NCBI RefSeq assembly: GCF_006345805.1
Contig: NW_021832993.1
Coordinates: forward strand, 6,216-70,215
Direction: 5' to 3'
DNA: 64,000 bases
DNA from: Octopus sinensis
Taxonomy: Eukaryota
Each line of letters opens with the position of its first letter. The first letter of the stretch is position 1. The notes under the pieces were generated by a model, which was not told the DNA's origin, made no database searches, and worked only from the letters and a program-made list of their open reading frames with translations. A program made the translations under genes and the position numbers. This document shows, in pieces, positions 12,621 through 26,765 of the stretch.

Positions 12621-15515
12621 CTCCTTCCACAACCAATCTGATGGCCTTCCACCCACTGGCAATCTCAGTTGCCTCCACAACGAGCCTGATGGCCTTCCAC
12701 CCACTGGAAATCACCGTTGCCTCCACAACCAGCCTGATGGCCTTCCACCCACTGGCAATCTCAGTTGCCTCCACAACCAGCCTGATGGCCTTCCACCCCA
12801 CTGGCAATCTCCGTTGCCTCCACCAACCAGCCTGTTGGCCCTCACCACTGGCAATCTCCGTTGCCTCCACAACGAGCCCGATAGCCTTCCACCCACTGGC
12901 AATCTCCGTTGCCTCCACAACGAGCCTGATGGCCTCCACCCACTGGAAATCTCGTTGCCCTCACAACCAGCCTGATGGCCTTCCACCCACTGGCAATCTC
13001 CTGCTCCACAACGAGCCTGACTACCTTCCACCCCACTGGCAATCTCCGTTGCCTTCTCAACCATCTGATGGCCTTCACACCCACTGGCAATCTCAGTTGC
13101 CTCCACAACGAGCCTGATGGCCTTCCACCCCACTGGCAATCTCCGTTGCCTCCACAACGAGCCTGATGGCCTTCCACCCACTGGCAATCTCCGTTGCCTC
13201 CCACACCAGCCTGATGGTCTTCCACCCACTGGCAATCTCAGTTGCCTCCACAACCAGCCTGATGGCCTTCCACCCACTGGCAATCTCAGTTGCCTCCACA
13301 ACCAGCCTGATGGCCTTCCACCCACTGGCACAATCTCAGTTGCCTCCACAACCAGCCCGATGGCCTTCCACCACAGGCAATCTCCGTTTGCCTCCCAACC
13401 AGCCTGATGGCCTTCCACCCACTGGCAATCTCAGTTGCCTCCACAACCAGCTGATAGCTTCCACCCACTGGCAATCTCCGTTGCCTCCACAACCAGCCTG
13501 ATGGCCTTCCACCCACTGGCAATCTCAGTTGCCTCCACAACCAGCCTGATGGCCTTCCACCCACTGCAATCTCAGTTGCTTCCACAACCAGCCCGATGGC
13601 CTTCCACCCACTGGCAATCTCCGTTGCCTTTACAACCAGCCTGATGGCCTTCCACCCACTGGCAATCTCAGTTGCCTCCACAACCAGCCCGATGGCCTTC
13701 CACCCACTGGCAATCTCCGTTGCCTCCACAACCAGCCTGATGGCCTTCCACCCACTGGCAATCTCCGTTGCCTCCACAACCAGCCTGATGGCCTTCCACC
13801 CACTGGCAATCTCAGTGCCTCCACACGAGCCTGATAGCCTTCCACCCACTGGCAATCTCCGTTGCCTCCACAACCAGCCTGATAGCCTTCCACCCACTGG
13901 CAATCTCCGTTGCCTCCACAACCAGCCTGATGGCCTTCCACCCACTGGCAATCTCCGTTGCCTCCAAACCACCTGATAGCCTTCACACACTGGCAATCTC
14001 CGTTGCCTCCACAACGAGCCTGATAGCCTTCCACCCACTGGCAATCTCCGTGCCTCCACAACGAACTGATAGCCTTCCACCAACTGGCAATCTCCGTTGC
14101 CTCCACAACGAGCCTGATAGCCTTCACCCACTGGCACTCTCCGTTGCCTCCACAAAACCTGATGGCCTTCCCCCACAGGCAATCCTCCGTTGCCTTCACA
14201 ACCAATCCGATGGCCTTCCACCCACTGGCAATCTCTGTTGCCTCCATAACCAGCCCGATGGCCTTCCACCCACTGGCAATCTCAGTTGCCTCCACAACCA
14301 GCCTGATGGCCTTCCACCCACTGGCAATCTCAGTTGCCTCCACAACCAGCCGATGGCCTTCCACCCACAGGCAATCTCCGTTGCCTCCACAACCAGCCTG
14401 ATGGCCTTCCACCCACTGGCAATCTCAGTTGCCTCCACAACCAGCCTGATGGCCTTCCACCCACTGGCAATCTCCGTTGCCTCCACAACCAGCCTGATGG
14501 CCTTCCACCCACTGGCAATCTCAGTTGCCTCCACAACCAGCCTGATGGCTTTCCACCCACTGGCAATCTCAGTTGCCTCCACAACCAGCCCGATGGCCTT
14601 CCACCCACTGGCAATCTCCGTTGCCTTTACAACCAAACTGATGGCCTTCCACCCACTGGCAATCTCAGTTGCCTCCACAACCAGCCCGATGGCCTTCCAC
14701 CCACTGGCAATCTCCGTTGCCTCCACAACCAGCCTGATGGCCTTCCACCCACTGGCAATCTCCGTTGCCTCCACAACGAGCCTGATAGCCTTCCACCCAC
14801 TGGCAATCTCCGTTGCCTCCACAACCAGCCTGATGGCCTTCCACCCACTGGCAATCTCCGTTGCCTCCACAACCAGCCTGATGGCCTTCCACCCACTGGC
14901 AATCTCCGTTGCCTCCACAACCAGCCTGATGGCCTTCCACCCACTGGCAATCTCCGTTGCCTCCACAACCAGCCTGATAGCCTTCCACCCACTGGCAATC
15001 TCCGTTGCCTCCACAACCAGCCTGATGGCCTTCCACCCACTGGCAATCTCCGTTGCCTCCACAACGAGCCTGATAGCCTTCCACACACTGGCAATCTCCG
15101 TTGCCTCCACAACGAGCCTGATAGCCATCCACCCACTGGCAATCTCCGTTGCCTCCACAACGAACCTGATAGCCTTCCACCCACTGGCAATCTCCGTTGC
15201 CTCCACAACGAGCCTGATAGCCTTCCACCCACTGGCAATCTCCGTTGCCTCCACAACCAACCTGATAGCCTTCCACCCATAGGCAATCTCCGTTGCCTTC
15301 ACAACCAATCTGATGGCCTTCCACCCACTGGCAATCTCTGTTGCCTCCATAACCAGCCCGATGGCCTTCCACCCACTGGCAATCTCCGTTGACCCCACAA
15401 CCAATCTGATGGCCTTCCACCCTCTGGCAATCTCCGTTGCCTCCACAACCAGTCTGATGACCTTCCACCCACTGGCAATCTTCGTTGACCCCACAACCAA
15501 CCTGACCTTCCATCC
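12621..15515. repeat. 48-bp minisatellite, about 60 copies
   Basis: Consensus ccttccacccactggcaatctccgttgcctccacaaccagcctgatgg; the unit is 16 codons and is open in five of six frames. Confidence 0.98.
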
Positions 15516-15690
15516 ACTGCTCCTGTGATGTCCACTACAGAGGGTCTAACCAACAAACATTCAGTATCTCACCACAATGGTATCGCACCTTGTTTGCCAC
15601 CCATTGCTTATGCTGACCATATTTCATTCTCTTCCTTTCATTTGCCTCTTCAGTACGGTCGAGTTAATTGATGATGCACTGAAATAAATT
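15510..15690 (-). pseudogene. HERO-type RLE non-LTR retrotransposon C-terminal remnant
   Basis: Minus strand gives DRTEEANERKRMKY / GWQTRCDTIVVRY*MFVG*TLC / DITGA, matching the remembered motif DRMEEAxERKRAKY..GWRARCxPIEVGCRGFxGxSLC..LGITG. Confidence 0.7.
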
Positions 15691-16482
15691 AATTAAATAA
15701 CTATGTTTCCAGTATAGTATTGTATGACAACAGGGTGACACCGTTAGTAAGAGAGGTTAGAAAGGTAAAAGAGAAGAATGAAATGTTGTAACTGAATTAA
15801 TTACGAGAAGTTAACAAGAAGAGGGGAACATTTTTTAGAATTTTTCTTTTTAAGAAATCTCAAAAACCTCTTGAAGAAAAAAATTGCTTATAGAAAAAAA
15901 TTTTTTTTTAAGGCTTCATAAACTTCAAAATACCCTCGATGTAAATGTTTCTAGAAAATTTGACAAGATCTCACACATTCTCAAAGATACCAAAACAATT
16001 GTTGCTTGAGATACACATTATGTTTCCAGTGAAATATTTACTATACAAATCGCAATTATGTTTAACTTGTATACCAAAATCTTAATATTTACTGACCATA
16101 AGCAGCTATAAGGTTTGTATCACCTCGTATATGGCAAATAGAGTGGTGTGTGATCTCTGATGAAGATTCCTAATTTGAGTCCAAGCCGGTTTTCGTTTTT
16201 CTACTTGCAGAGAAATAAATGCAACATTTGTTAACATGTGTCCGCTTGTATAACATTATATATGAAAGTAGTGGTTAGAAACTTGTATAATTAGATATTA
16301 CATACTATACATTTCATATTGGAGAAAAAAAATCATATATAATTGCCACTGATACCTAAGATATCTCGGTCAACAATTCCGTACTTGAATGGGCCATGAT
16401 TCCAAAAAATTTGACTTACAATGAACGACTTGATAAATGACCTCGCCAAGTCGTGGTCGAAACATATCTAAATTTATATAAC

Positions 16483-16845
16483 AGGCGTGGCTGCGTACTA
16501 AGAAGCTTGCTTCCCAACAACATAGTTCTGGAGTCAGTTGCACTGCGTGGGACCTTGGGCAAGTGCCTTTTACTATAGTTTTGTAAGTGGATTTGGTAGA
16601 CGGATGCTGAAAGAAGCCCGTCGTCTATGTATGTGTGTTTGTGTGTGTGTGTCGATGTTTGTCCCCTACCACCGCTTGATGTGTTTACGCCCCCGTAACT
16701 TAGCGGTTCGGTAAAAGACAACGATAGAATAAGTATCAGGCTTAAAAAGAAAATAAGTACTGGGATCGATTAGTTCAATTAAAAATTCTTGCAGAAGACA
16801 CCCCAACATGACTGCAGTCAAATTACTGAAACAAGTAAAAGAAAG
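16483..16845 (+). mobile_element. Family A SINE
   Basis: ggcgtggctgcgtactaagaagcttgcttccc through actgaaacaagtaaaaga. Confidence 0.88.
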
Positions 16846-17028
16846 TTTTAATTCTTCAGTTTAACGTGAAATTGTTTTCATTATAATTCGTGACATTAAA
16901 ACAAACATTAACATGTAAGTGTGTGTGTGTATGCACGTGTGTATGTGTATATGTGTGTGTCTAATATAGACTACAGAGAAAATGGTATATCAACTCATGC
17001 TAGATTCGATTGCTACGTCTGCTCCTGC

Positions 17029-17079
<51 letters not shown>

Positions 17080-17081
<2 letters not shown>

Positions 17082-17206
17082 GTTTCAAATTTTAGCACAG
17101 GGCCAGCAGTTTTTGAGAGGCGGATGAAGTCGATTACATCGACCTCACTGGTACTTGTTTAATCAACTTCGAAACGATGAAAGGCAATAATAATAATGAT
17201 GATGGC

Positions 17207-17260
<54 letters not shown>

Positions 17261-17465
17261 CCTTTCTATTAAAGATACCAAAGTCTGAAATTTTGGGGGA
17301 GGGGTCTAGTCGATTATATCGACTTCAGTGTTGTTTCACTGGTACCTAATTTATCGACCCCGAAAGGATGAAAAGTAAAATCGACCTCGGCAGAATTTGA
17401 ACTCAGAACGTAGCGACGGACGAAATACAACTTCGTATATCGCCCGGGGTACCAACAATTTTTCC
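17080..17465 (-). mobile_element. Family B SINE(s) split by (TAA)n tracts
   Basis: Reverse complement of the family B head at 17390-17465; duplicated 3' portions at 17080-17185 and 17260-17350. Confidence 0.75.
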
Positions 17466-18774
17466 AACATAGTTATAATAGTAGTAATTGTTTCTTTATT
17501 GGCCCAAAGAGCCGAACACAAAACAAATAAGGACACGTGGGGTTTAACACAAAAATCGAATAAATAATAAAATAAGAAAAGACAATTAACAATACAATTA
17601 AACAATAAAATTCCCCAAAATAGAGTTTTATATATATATTCCAAGAACGTTAGAGGTTGTGAATCCAACCAACTAAGGGATAATATCTATCCAATATACT
17701 GCTGGTAGAATATCCAATTATTAACACACTAGTGTTTTTTTTTATTGCATGGCAATTATATAGAAATTGGGATAATTTTCTATTCCTATATGTTATATTT
17801 TAATAATTAATGATATCTTTATATATTATATATGTAAAGCATAATATGTTATACATGTATGTATATTGTTATTATTGTTATAATTGTCCTTTGTAAATTA
17901 ATAAATAAATTGACATAACATAATAATATAATGTCTAAAAGTTGATGAATATCACCTATTGATCCCCTCCATTTTCTTATTGCTCTCTCTCTCTATATAT
18001 ATATAATGGTAAGCTACTTCTTTTAGTCATTGGATTGTAGCCATCCTGGAGTACAGCGAAGAATAGTCTAGTCCAGACATGGGCAATTGTTTTTCGAGAC
18101 ACACGTCCTATGAGACAAGGCTCATCGTCAGACGGCCGCATTAATAAAAAAAAAAGATCCAAGGTAATTTTTCATCAGTTGTGCCATTCAGAAAATCCTG
18201 CTAGCAGCAGTTTACTTTAAACTAGTTTAGTAGAGCAAATCACCCCCCAGTACTTACTTTTTTCAAAAGTTATCGGTCTCTTTGAGTTAAACTGCTCACA
18301 CGAGGTTAACCGTTTTTTTTTTTTTTTCAAGTATTCATTTCATTAAAAAAAAAAAAAAAAAAAAAAAATGAACAGTGAATATTTCGAAAGAAAAGCAGGC
18401 TCAGTTTACCATCTGATAATCAAAACGACTAACTCTGAATACTGAAAATTGAATCCTTCCAATAATAATAATAATATAATAATAATAATAATAATGACGA
18501 ATTTTTTTTTATTAACCACAAGGGTTTACATTAAGAGAAACATTATGGACAGTACAGGACAAAACAAAGAATTTGTGTATGAGTATGAGTGTGTGTTGTG
18601 AGGGTTTTGCGTGTAAACAAGACTAACAATAATTTTCTTTTTTAAAAACGAAAGAAAGAAAAAAAAAATCAATACTATGTAATCCTGAATATGGAGGAGA
18701 CGTTCGAGGGCTGCTCATGGAACCCCCCCCACCACCACCACCAAAAAAAAAACCCCATCATAATGATAATAATA

Positions 18775-18960
18775 ATGATTTCAAATTTTGCCACAAAGGC
18801 AGCAATTTTGGAGGCGGGGGATGAGTTGGTTGCAACGACCCCAGTGTTCAACTGGTACTTATTTTATCGACCTCGAAAGAATGAAAGGCAAAGTCAACCT
18901 CGGCGGAATTTGAACAAAGTTTGTAGCGACGGGCGAAATACCTTTAAGCATTTTTCGTCA
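18775..18960 (-). mobile_element. Family B SINE, partial
   Basis: aatgaaaggcaaagtcaacctcggcggaatttgaac is the reverse complement of the family B core. Confidence 0.8.
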
Positions 18961-19769
18961 AATTATAATAATAATAATAATAATAATAACAATAATAATA
19001 ATAACAATAATAATAATAATAATAATATATGACGATAATATGGCGGAGAACTTGATGCAGGAAAATACAAAATGGTGTATATATATGTTGTATTATGTAT
19101 AGTTTGTTTCGAGCAGATGTCACATATACGTGGAATAAATATTTACACTTGTACGTCTACATGTTTTATGCGTATTTTTCTCTTTTTGTACATGTCTAAG
19201 TTTGTGCATATTCCCTTTCTCATTTTAGTTTAAGATAAATTTTGACCGGCCACCTGCATTGTAATGTGAATGTATGTACATATGTTTGTGTATGTATACA
19301 TTGATATATGCATAGTACAAATTCTTAATAAGAGACCCGCTATTATTCTGAATATGCCTATATTTCTGTGTAATTAGTGATAACAGTGGTGGTGGTGGTG
19401 GTGGTGGTGGTATATTTAATATAGCTACTACTACAATACTTATATCCACCATCAACACAGTACCTATTTGAATAGAAATAGTGACATACTATTTGACGTA
19501 ATGGCGGTTTTTTTATCATATTGTTATAAACACACACACACATCTGTATAGACACGCATATGATATATCCATATACACAAGATTCGTGCTAAATCCATCT
19601 TCCGTTTCCTTTATCAACTTTGTGTGTGTGTGTGTGCGTGTACATACATGCACAAATACATGTACCATATACATTATACATATAACACTGTTGCCAATTC
19701 AGCATTAAAAAAAAAACCACTTTATCGATAACTAAAGCACTAAAAACGAAATAATATTGAAAAGTATCA

Positions 19770-20640
19770 AAATTAAAAATAAATATGTATAAATATCAAA
19801 AAATATATATTAAAAACTTCAGTTCTAATTAAAATAAAATAAGCATAATTATTTAAATTTTTATTCCGTAATATTTGGAAGGTTTCTCGGACAAGTACTT
19901 TGAATGTAAATGCTACAACAGTTTTAAGTGATTTACGAGCATCTACGGACCCAACTTTCTTTAACCGTTCTCCTGGTAGCTTATTATCATTACATTTACC
20001 ACTTAGTTTAAGTCTACGTTTGACGTTCAAAATTCTTTTTAGTGTTTCTTTGCTTAGACACTCATTTGATTTCATAAAATTCATATGGCTAAATACCCTC
20101 TCTACATCAGCATTTGCATGAGGTAAAATGAGAAGTATCAAAGCTAGCTTAGACAAACGTTCTATAATGGATTTTCCCCAATCAAGAAAGGAAATGTATC
20201 TGAAACCCGTGTCCGTCGTATATTTCTTAACTTATCCATTGAAAATCAATTTTTGTTAGAATCTCTGAATTTTCATTGAGATACTTTACAAGGTCTATAA
20301 TTCCGGGTTTTATTGATTTGAGACCTGTTGAACTAAAATAACTCATTCTCGAAAAGACGATGTTTAATTTGCTCCAAATCTTCTACAACAAATTTTATTG
20401 CATCGGTCTCACTTATCTCACTTTCTTTTGATTTCCTTCTAAAATTGATAACCAAGATATGGCTTCGGATCTAAATAATTCCGCACTGGATCATATTCAT
20501 TTAACTTCTTTCCTGGTATCATAATTGTTGAACTTAGTGAATGAACGCTATGCGGAAGATCATTTAATAATTTAGTGGGGTCTTTTGTTTCTCCTCAAAA
20601 TTTTTGTTAACTCTTTGAATTTCAGACACGATTTGCTTAA
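19770..20640 (-). pseudogene. hAT-like transposase remnant
   Basis: ORF 19773-20156: LSKLALILLILPHANADVERVFSHMNFMKS fits the PHSNAxxERxFSxMN dimerisation motif; the upstream extent is approximate. Confidence 0.7.
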
Positions 20641-20989
20641 TAAAAAAAGATTAGTAAATCATATTTTCTTGTCATAGTACATTACATATAGGACTTCAGC
20701 TGTATGGCAACGTTCTTAATTCCTTGTAATTTAGAGGGCCGTCCCCGCGTCTAACCCGGATTGTCTACCTCTCAAAAATAATTTTCTAAACGAAGCCACA
20801 TACCAAAATATTATATAAATGGAAGTCCAACTGTGTCCAAGCTATGAACAGTACCCAACTGTCAGTGAAAATGAAGACGGACGGATTCTGTTCTATTAAT
20901 AGGGACACGTAAATCTAAAGGTGTCAGGGTGGGTTGGAATTTAACAAATGATGGGCACAGACATTTAATGGGTTAAAAAGTATATTTTT

Positions 20990-21310
20990 TGTCTTTTGCT
21001 TGTTTCAGTCATTAGACTCTGGTCATACTGGGGTACCACCTTGAAGAATTTTTCGTCGAATGAATCGACCACAGTACTTATTTTAAAAAAAATGTCTAAC
21101 CTAACTTACGGGGATGTAAACACTCCAGCACCGGTTGTCAAATGGTGGTAGAGGACACACATACACACATACGACATGTTTCTTTCAGTTTCCGTCTACC
21201 AGAGCTTTGATGGCTCGAAACTATAGTAGAAGATACCTGCCCAAGATGCCGCGCAGTGACACTGTGTACACGTAACCATATGGCTAGGAAGTAAGCCTCT
21301 TAGTACATAA
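20990..21310 (-). mobile_element. Diverged family A SINE
   Basis: cttgtttcagtcatt...cgggcatgt-like body...tttcagtttccgtctacc...ctatagtagaagatacctgcccaag. Confidence 0.8.
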
Positions 21311-21888
21311 CCACAAAAATAAATAAATAAAATTAAAGCAAAGTAAAATTTAAACATTAGAAATTAAGAATTGAAAATTGAAAGTTAAAGATGAAACTTC
21401 GGAAATTGGAAAATAAAAATTTAAAAAATAAAATAATTAATATATTGAACTATCTATATAAATAATAAATAACAAAAACGTTATATACCCTGCTTACAAT
21501 GATTTCAAATTGTTTGTGATTTTATAGCTTTTATTGTTTAACGCAGTATATTGTTTACTCATTAATTATTATTATTTTTATTAATTAAACTCTTAGTTAT
21601 TTAGTAGCCTTGCGCAAGAGCAACACTCAAACGTATTTGAAAAAACATTTATAAAAGTGATTTCTTTCTATATTCTGTGGTATTCGTCCTACATATATTT
21701 AAAATATGTGACGATTTCCAGGTGTTACTAATCTTTTTATTTTTATTTTGGCTAAAATTCCTGTAGAAATACAGAAATTTGCATCGTAATGTGCAGCTGA
21801 AGCCTTATGCGGCATGAATTTTGGGTCAAAAATACCGAACAAAATTCTGATTTCACTCTAATGAAAAACACTAATTTAGCCACTAAAT

Positions 21889-21920
<32 letters not shown>

Positions 21921-22142
21921 TGTATGTATGTATGTATGTATGTATGTATGTATGTATGCATGCATGCATGCATGCATGCATGTTTGTGTGTGTGTGTGTA
22001 TGTATACAAACACACACACATACACACATATATATATATTGAAGAAGAAAAAGAAAATTACACGGCGCCCATAATTCATGGCCTTTCGCACTGAAAATAG
22101 TAAAAAAAAAAAAAAGGCAGTATATTTAATGCGTAAAGCGCT

Positions 22143-22258
22143 AAAATGGCGACCCTATTATTATAACATCTGTAAGAAACGAACTGCATTACAAAAATAT
22201 GCACCATTTTTGTCTTTTAGAAGATAACAACCACCTGCTTCAGTTTTCCCGCCATTTT
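22143..22258. promoter_or_regulatory. Pair of inverted YY1/Pho-like motifs
   Basis: AAAATGGCG at 22143-22151 and CGCCATTTT at 22250-22258 in sequence not recognised as a repeat; motif match only. Confidence 0.2.
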
Positions 22259-22323
22259 CGTGTATATTTCTTCGTATGTATGAAGTATGAATGGCGGTAT
22301 GCTTGCATGTTGCCTGCATTTAT

Positions 22324-22496
<173 letters not shown>

Positions 22497-22623
22497 ATAT
22501 AATGTGTATCTATCTATATAATATATCGTGTGTGTATGTGTGTGTGTTGCGTATATGTGTATATGTATATGCACACACACATACACACTTATATATAGGT
22601 ATATATAAACTGCATATATGTGT

Positions 22624-22670
<47 letters not shown>

Positions 22671-23082
22671 ACATACATACATTTAAGTGAGAGATTGTGT
22701 GTCTGTATGTGTGTGTTTGCGTGTGTGTGTTTCCGTGTGTGTGTGTGGTATTGCTGCTGTTGCTGCTGTTCCTAGTTTTAACAGTGATGTGCTTTGACAC
22801 AGATCAGTACTGTTCGGTCTCCCGCACTACCCACTCCCTCCCTTTCTCTCTCATTCTGCCTCATTCTCTCTCTCACACGCGCACATACCCTCACTCGCGC
22901 GCTTTTTTACTCATGTTGACCTGTAGTATGACACTGATTAACCCTTTCTGTACTTAAACCTATGACATATATATCTTAATGCCTACATAATACACATGCA
23001 GGTGTGTGCGTGTAAGCATAGATGTATAGATATACATGTATCTATACATACACGCATTTCACACATACGTGTATTTGTCTAA

Positions 23083-23208
<126 letters not shown>

Positions 23209-23237
23209 TTCTATCTATTTATCTCTCTTTCTCGCCC

Positions 23238-23268
<31 letters not shown>

Positions 23269-23559
23269 CAATAAGAAAATGGAGCGGATCAATAGGTGGC
23301 TCATCAATATATATATATATGTATGTATGTGTGTCTATTGATATGTATATATATATATATATATTCGTGTGTGTGTGTGTGTGTCACCGATTGTCAGCTT
23401 GTGCACAAGTATAACTGTCTTGTTACTGACATGTACCTGTAATAGATTTGATAACATTCCTATCAAAAGCCCGAAAACATGCAAGGACGCTTAGGACAAA
23501 CTTCTGAAAATGTTTGGACAGGTAAAAGGTCAAGGCTGTTTGAAATGTCTTTTTTTTTA

Positions 23560-24160
23560 ATCCTTACTGACCATGTATTGTCCATATAGAAATCGCTACG
23601 TAAGCCTGAAATCATTAAGTCAGGTGACATGACCGGCCCATCGCATATGAGGTTTGATGAAGCGATCTTCCATGCTGAGATAACGCACCATTTCCAGTCT
23701 TCTGTACCCGGTGTAAAAAGTTTTTAATTGGTGGTTAATATAAATAAGTGTTGGGCGCTTCGAGTGAAATATCTGAAGTATTTTGATATGTAGTCCGTGT
23801 CTCAGATGAGTATAGCGACACGGGTATTGTAGACATAAAAGCTTGGATGACAGTTTCAAGTACCTGTCTGACCGGATTAATTTCTCTGATATATGCCAAG
23901 ATCAACGAAGTGTTCTCCATTCTCAGATTGGATTCCGAATTTAGGGATCAATCCTGATAACATCTGCTAAGGTACAGAAAGATAATTCACATCAAGTGTG
24001 GTCCCTCCTACGAGTGTATTTAGTTCTGCATAGGTCTCTCCTAGAACACTTGTAAACATTACTTTAAGCTTCTTTTTGCTTATTGTAAATCCTAAAGCAG
24101 AACAAGCACTGGAGAAGAGAACCATTATTTTCTGAATATCTGGATCCAAGTGTGCCACAA
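23560..24160 (-). pseudogene. RTE-clade LINE ORF2 remnant
   Basis: Fragments ALGFTISKKKLKVMF, NYLS, and HMRWAGHVT on the minus strand, typical of the region after the RT domain in RTE elements. Confidence 0.65.
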
Positions 24161-24486
24161 GAATACAATCATCTGCTTACAGCAAATCACACACAAGAGT
24201 TAAAATTGTGTTTTTATTTAAATTTCAAACAATTCAAGTTAAACAGTTTACTTGTTGTGCGATTTCGGACAAACATGCCTAAATCACGAAAACTGAAATG
24301 TATAAGCAATCTCCCCTGCAGAGAATATGCAGAACAACGCTGTCGCAGATATGCCCTTCCCTGTTAAATATGATAGTCCACCCACTGGAATCTGTTCTAA
24401 AAGAGCACCATTTGAGTTGAAGTAGGTCTTCATACCTATGTGTAGTTAAAGAAACAAATTAAGAAAAATCAAGAAGACTTCTTCGT

Positions 24487-24689
24487 TTACTCGTTTACTT
24501 GTTTCAGAGTCATTTGACTGCGGCCATGCTGGAGCACTGCCTTTAGTCGAGCAAATCGACCCCAGGACTTATTCTTTGTAAGCCTAGTACTTATTCTATC
24601 GGTCTCTTTTGCCGAACCGCTAAGTAACGGGGACGTAAACACACCAGCATCGGTTGTCAAGCGATGTGGCGGGGGGGACAAACACAGAC

Positions 24690-24746
<57 letters not shown>

Positions 24747-24905
24747 TATATATGATGGGCTTCTTTCAGTTCTGTCTACCAAATCCACTCACAGGCTTTG
24801 GTCGGCCCGAGGCTATAGTAGAAGACACTTGCCCAAGGTGCCACGCAATGGGACTGAACCCGGAACCATGTGGTTGGTAAGCATGCTACTTACCACACAG
24901 CCACT
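24487..24905 (-). mobile_element. Family A SINE, full length and well preserved
   Basis: Head ggctgtgtggtaag, B-box ggttcagtccc, core, internal (TA)/(TG) tract and 3' domain. Confidence 0.93.
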
Positions 24906-24934
24906 CCATGCATTTATTCTTTATTCTTTGTATT

Positions 24935-26722
24935 CTTTTACATGTTTCTTTCAGTCATTCCATTGCTGGGGCAATGCCATGGTGGATTTCGTCGACCAAA
25001 TCGACAACCGTGTTTATTTCAAATTGGCACTTATTTTATCGACCGCTTTCTTGGTAAACCGTTAAAACGCTGGGACTTAAACAGACTAATCTCCGGTTTT
25101 CAAACGGCGTGATTCAAGCACAAATACCTAGATACACACGCACACCACACAGGCATACACACACACACCACACAGGCATACACACACACCACACAGGCAT
25201 ACACACACACACCACACAGGCATACACACACACACACCACACAGGCATACACACACACACCACACAGGCATACACACACACACCACACAGGCATACACAC
25301 ACACACACCACACACAGGCATACACACACACACCACACAGGCATACACACCACACACACCACACAGGCATACACACACACACCACACAGGCATACACACA
25401 CACACACACCACACAGGCATACACACACACCACACAGGCATACACACACACACCACACAGGCATACACACACCACACACCACACAGGCATACACACACAC
25501 ACCACACAGGCATACACACACACACCACACAGCATACACACACACACCACACAGGCATACACACCACACACCACACAGGCATACACACACACACCACACA
25601 GGCATACACCACACACACCACACAGGCATACACACACACACACACCACACAGGCATACACACACACACACACCACACAGGCATACACACACACACACCAC
25701 ACAGGCATACACACACACACACCACACAGGCATACACACACACACCACCACACAGGCATACACACACACACACACCACACAGGCATACACACACACACCA
25801 CACATGCATACACACACACACACACACACACAGGCATACACACACACACCACACAGGCATACACACACACACCACACAGGCATACACACACACACCACAC
25901 AGGCATACACACCACACACCACACAGGCATACACACACAACACCACACAGGCATACACACACCACACCACACAGGCATACACCACACACACCACACAGGC
26001 ATACACACACACACCACACAGCATACACACACACACACCACACAGGCATACACACACACACCACACAGCATACACACACACACACACCACACAGCATACA
26101 CACACACACACCACACAGGCATACACACACACACACACACCACACAGGCATAACACACACCACCACAGGCATACACACACACACCACACAGGCATACACA
26201 CACACAACACCACACAGGCATACACACACACACCACACAGGCATACACACACACACCACACGGCATACACACACACCACACACACACAGGCATACACACA
26301 ACACACACCACACAGGCATACACACAACACACCACACAGGCATACACACCACACACACCACACAGGCATACACACACACACACACCACACAGGCAACACA
26401 CACACACACCACACAGGCATACACACACACACACACCACACAGGCATACACACACACACACCACACAGGCATACACACACACACCACACAGGCATACACA
26501 CACACACACACCACACAGGCATACAACACACACACCACACAGGCATACACACACCACACACACCACACGGCATACACACACACACCACACAGGCATACAA
26601 CACACACACCACACAGGCATACACACACACACACCACACAGGCATACACACCACACACACCACACAGCATACACACACACACACACCACACAGGCATACA
26701 CCACACACACACACACCACAGG

Positions 26723-26765
<43 letters not shown>

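Noticed and set aside
15385-15495. In-frame TGA at the Cys position of the plus-strand DGLPPTGNLRCLHNQP frame (selenocysteine?)
   Set aside because: Only two variant units carry it, no SECIS was recognised, and the homology evidence favours the minus-strand frame.
12621-15515. CRISPR-like array
   Set aside because: The units are contiguous with no unique spacers, there are no cas genes, and the context is eukaryotic.
16155-16195. CTGATGA...ccggtt hammerhead relic
   Set aside because: GAAA is mutated to CAAG; not a supportable ribozyme.
18085-18135. Hammerhead-like CTGACGA...GAAA on the minus strand
   Set aside because: No U at the cleavage triplet (GCC), extra As after GAAA, and no stem I.
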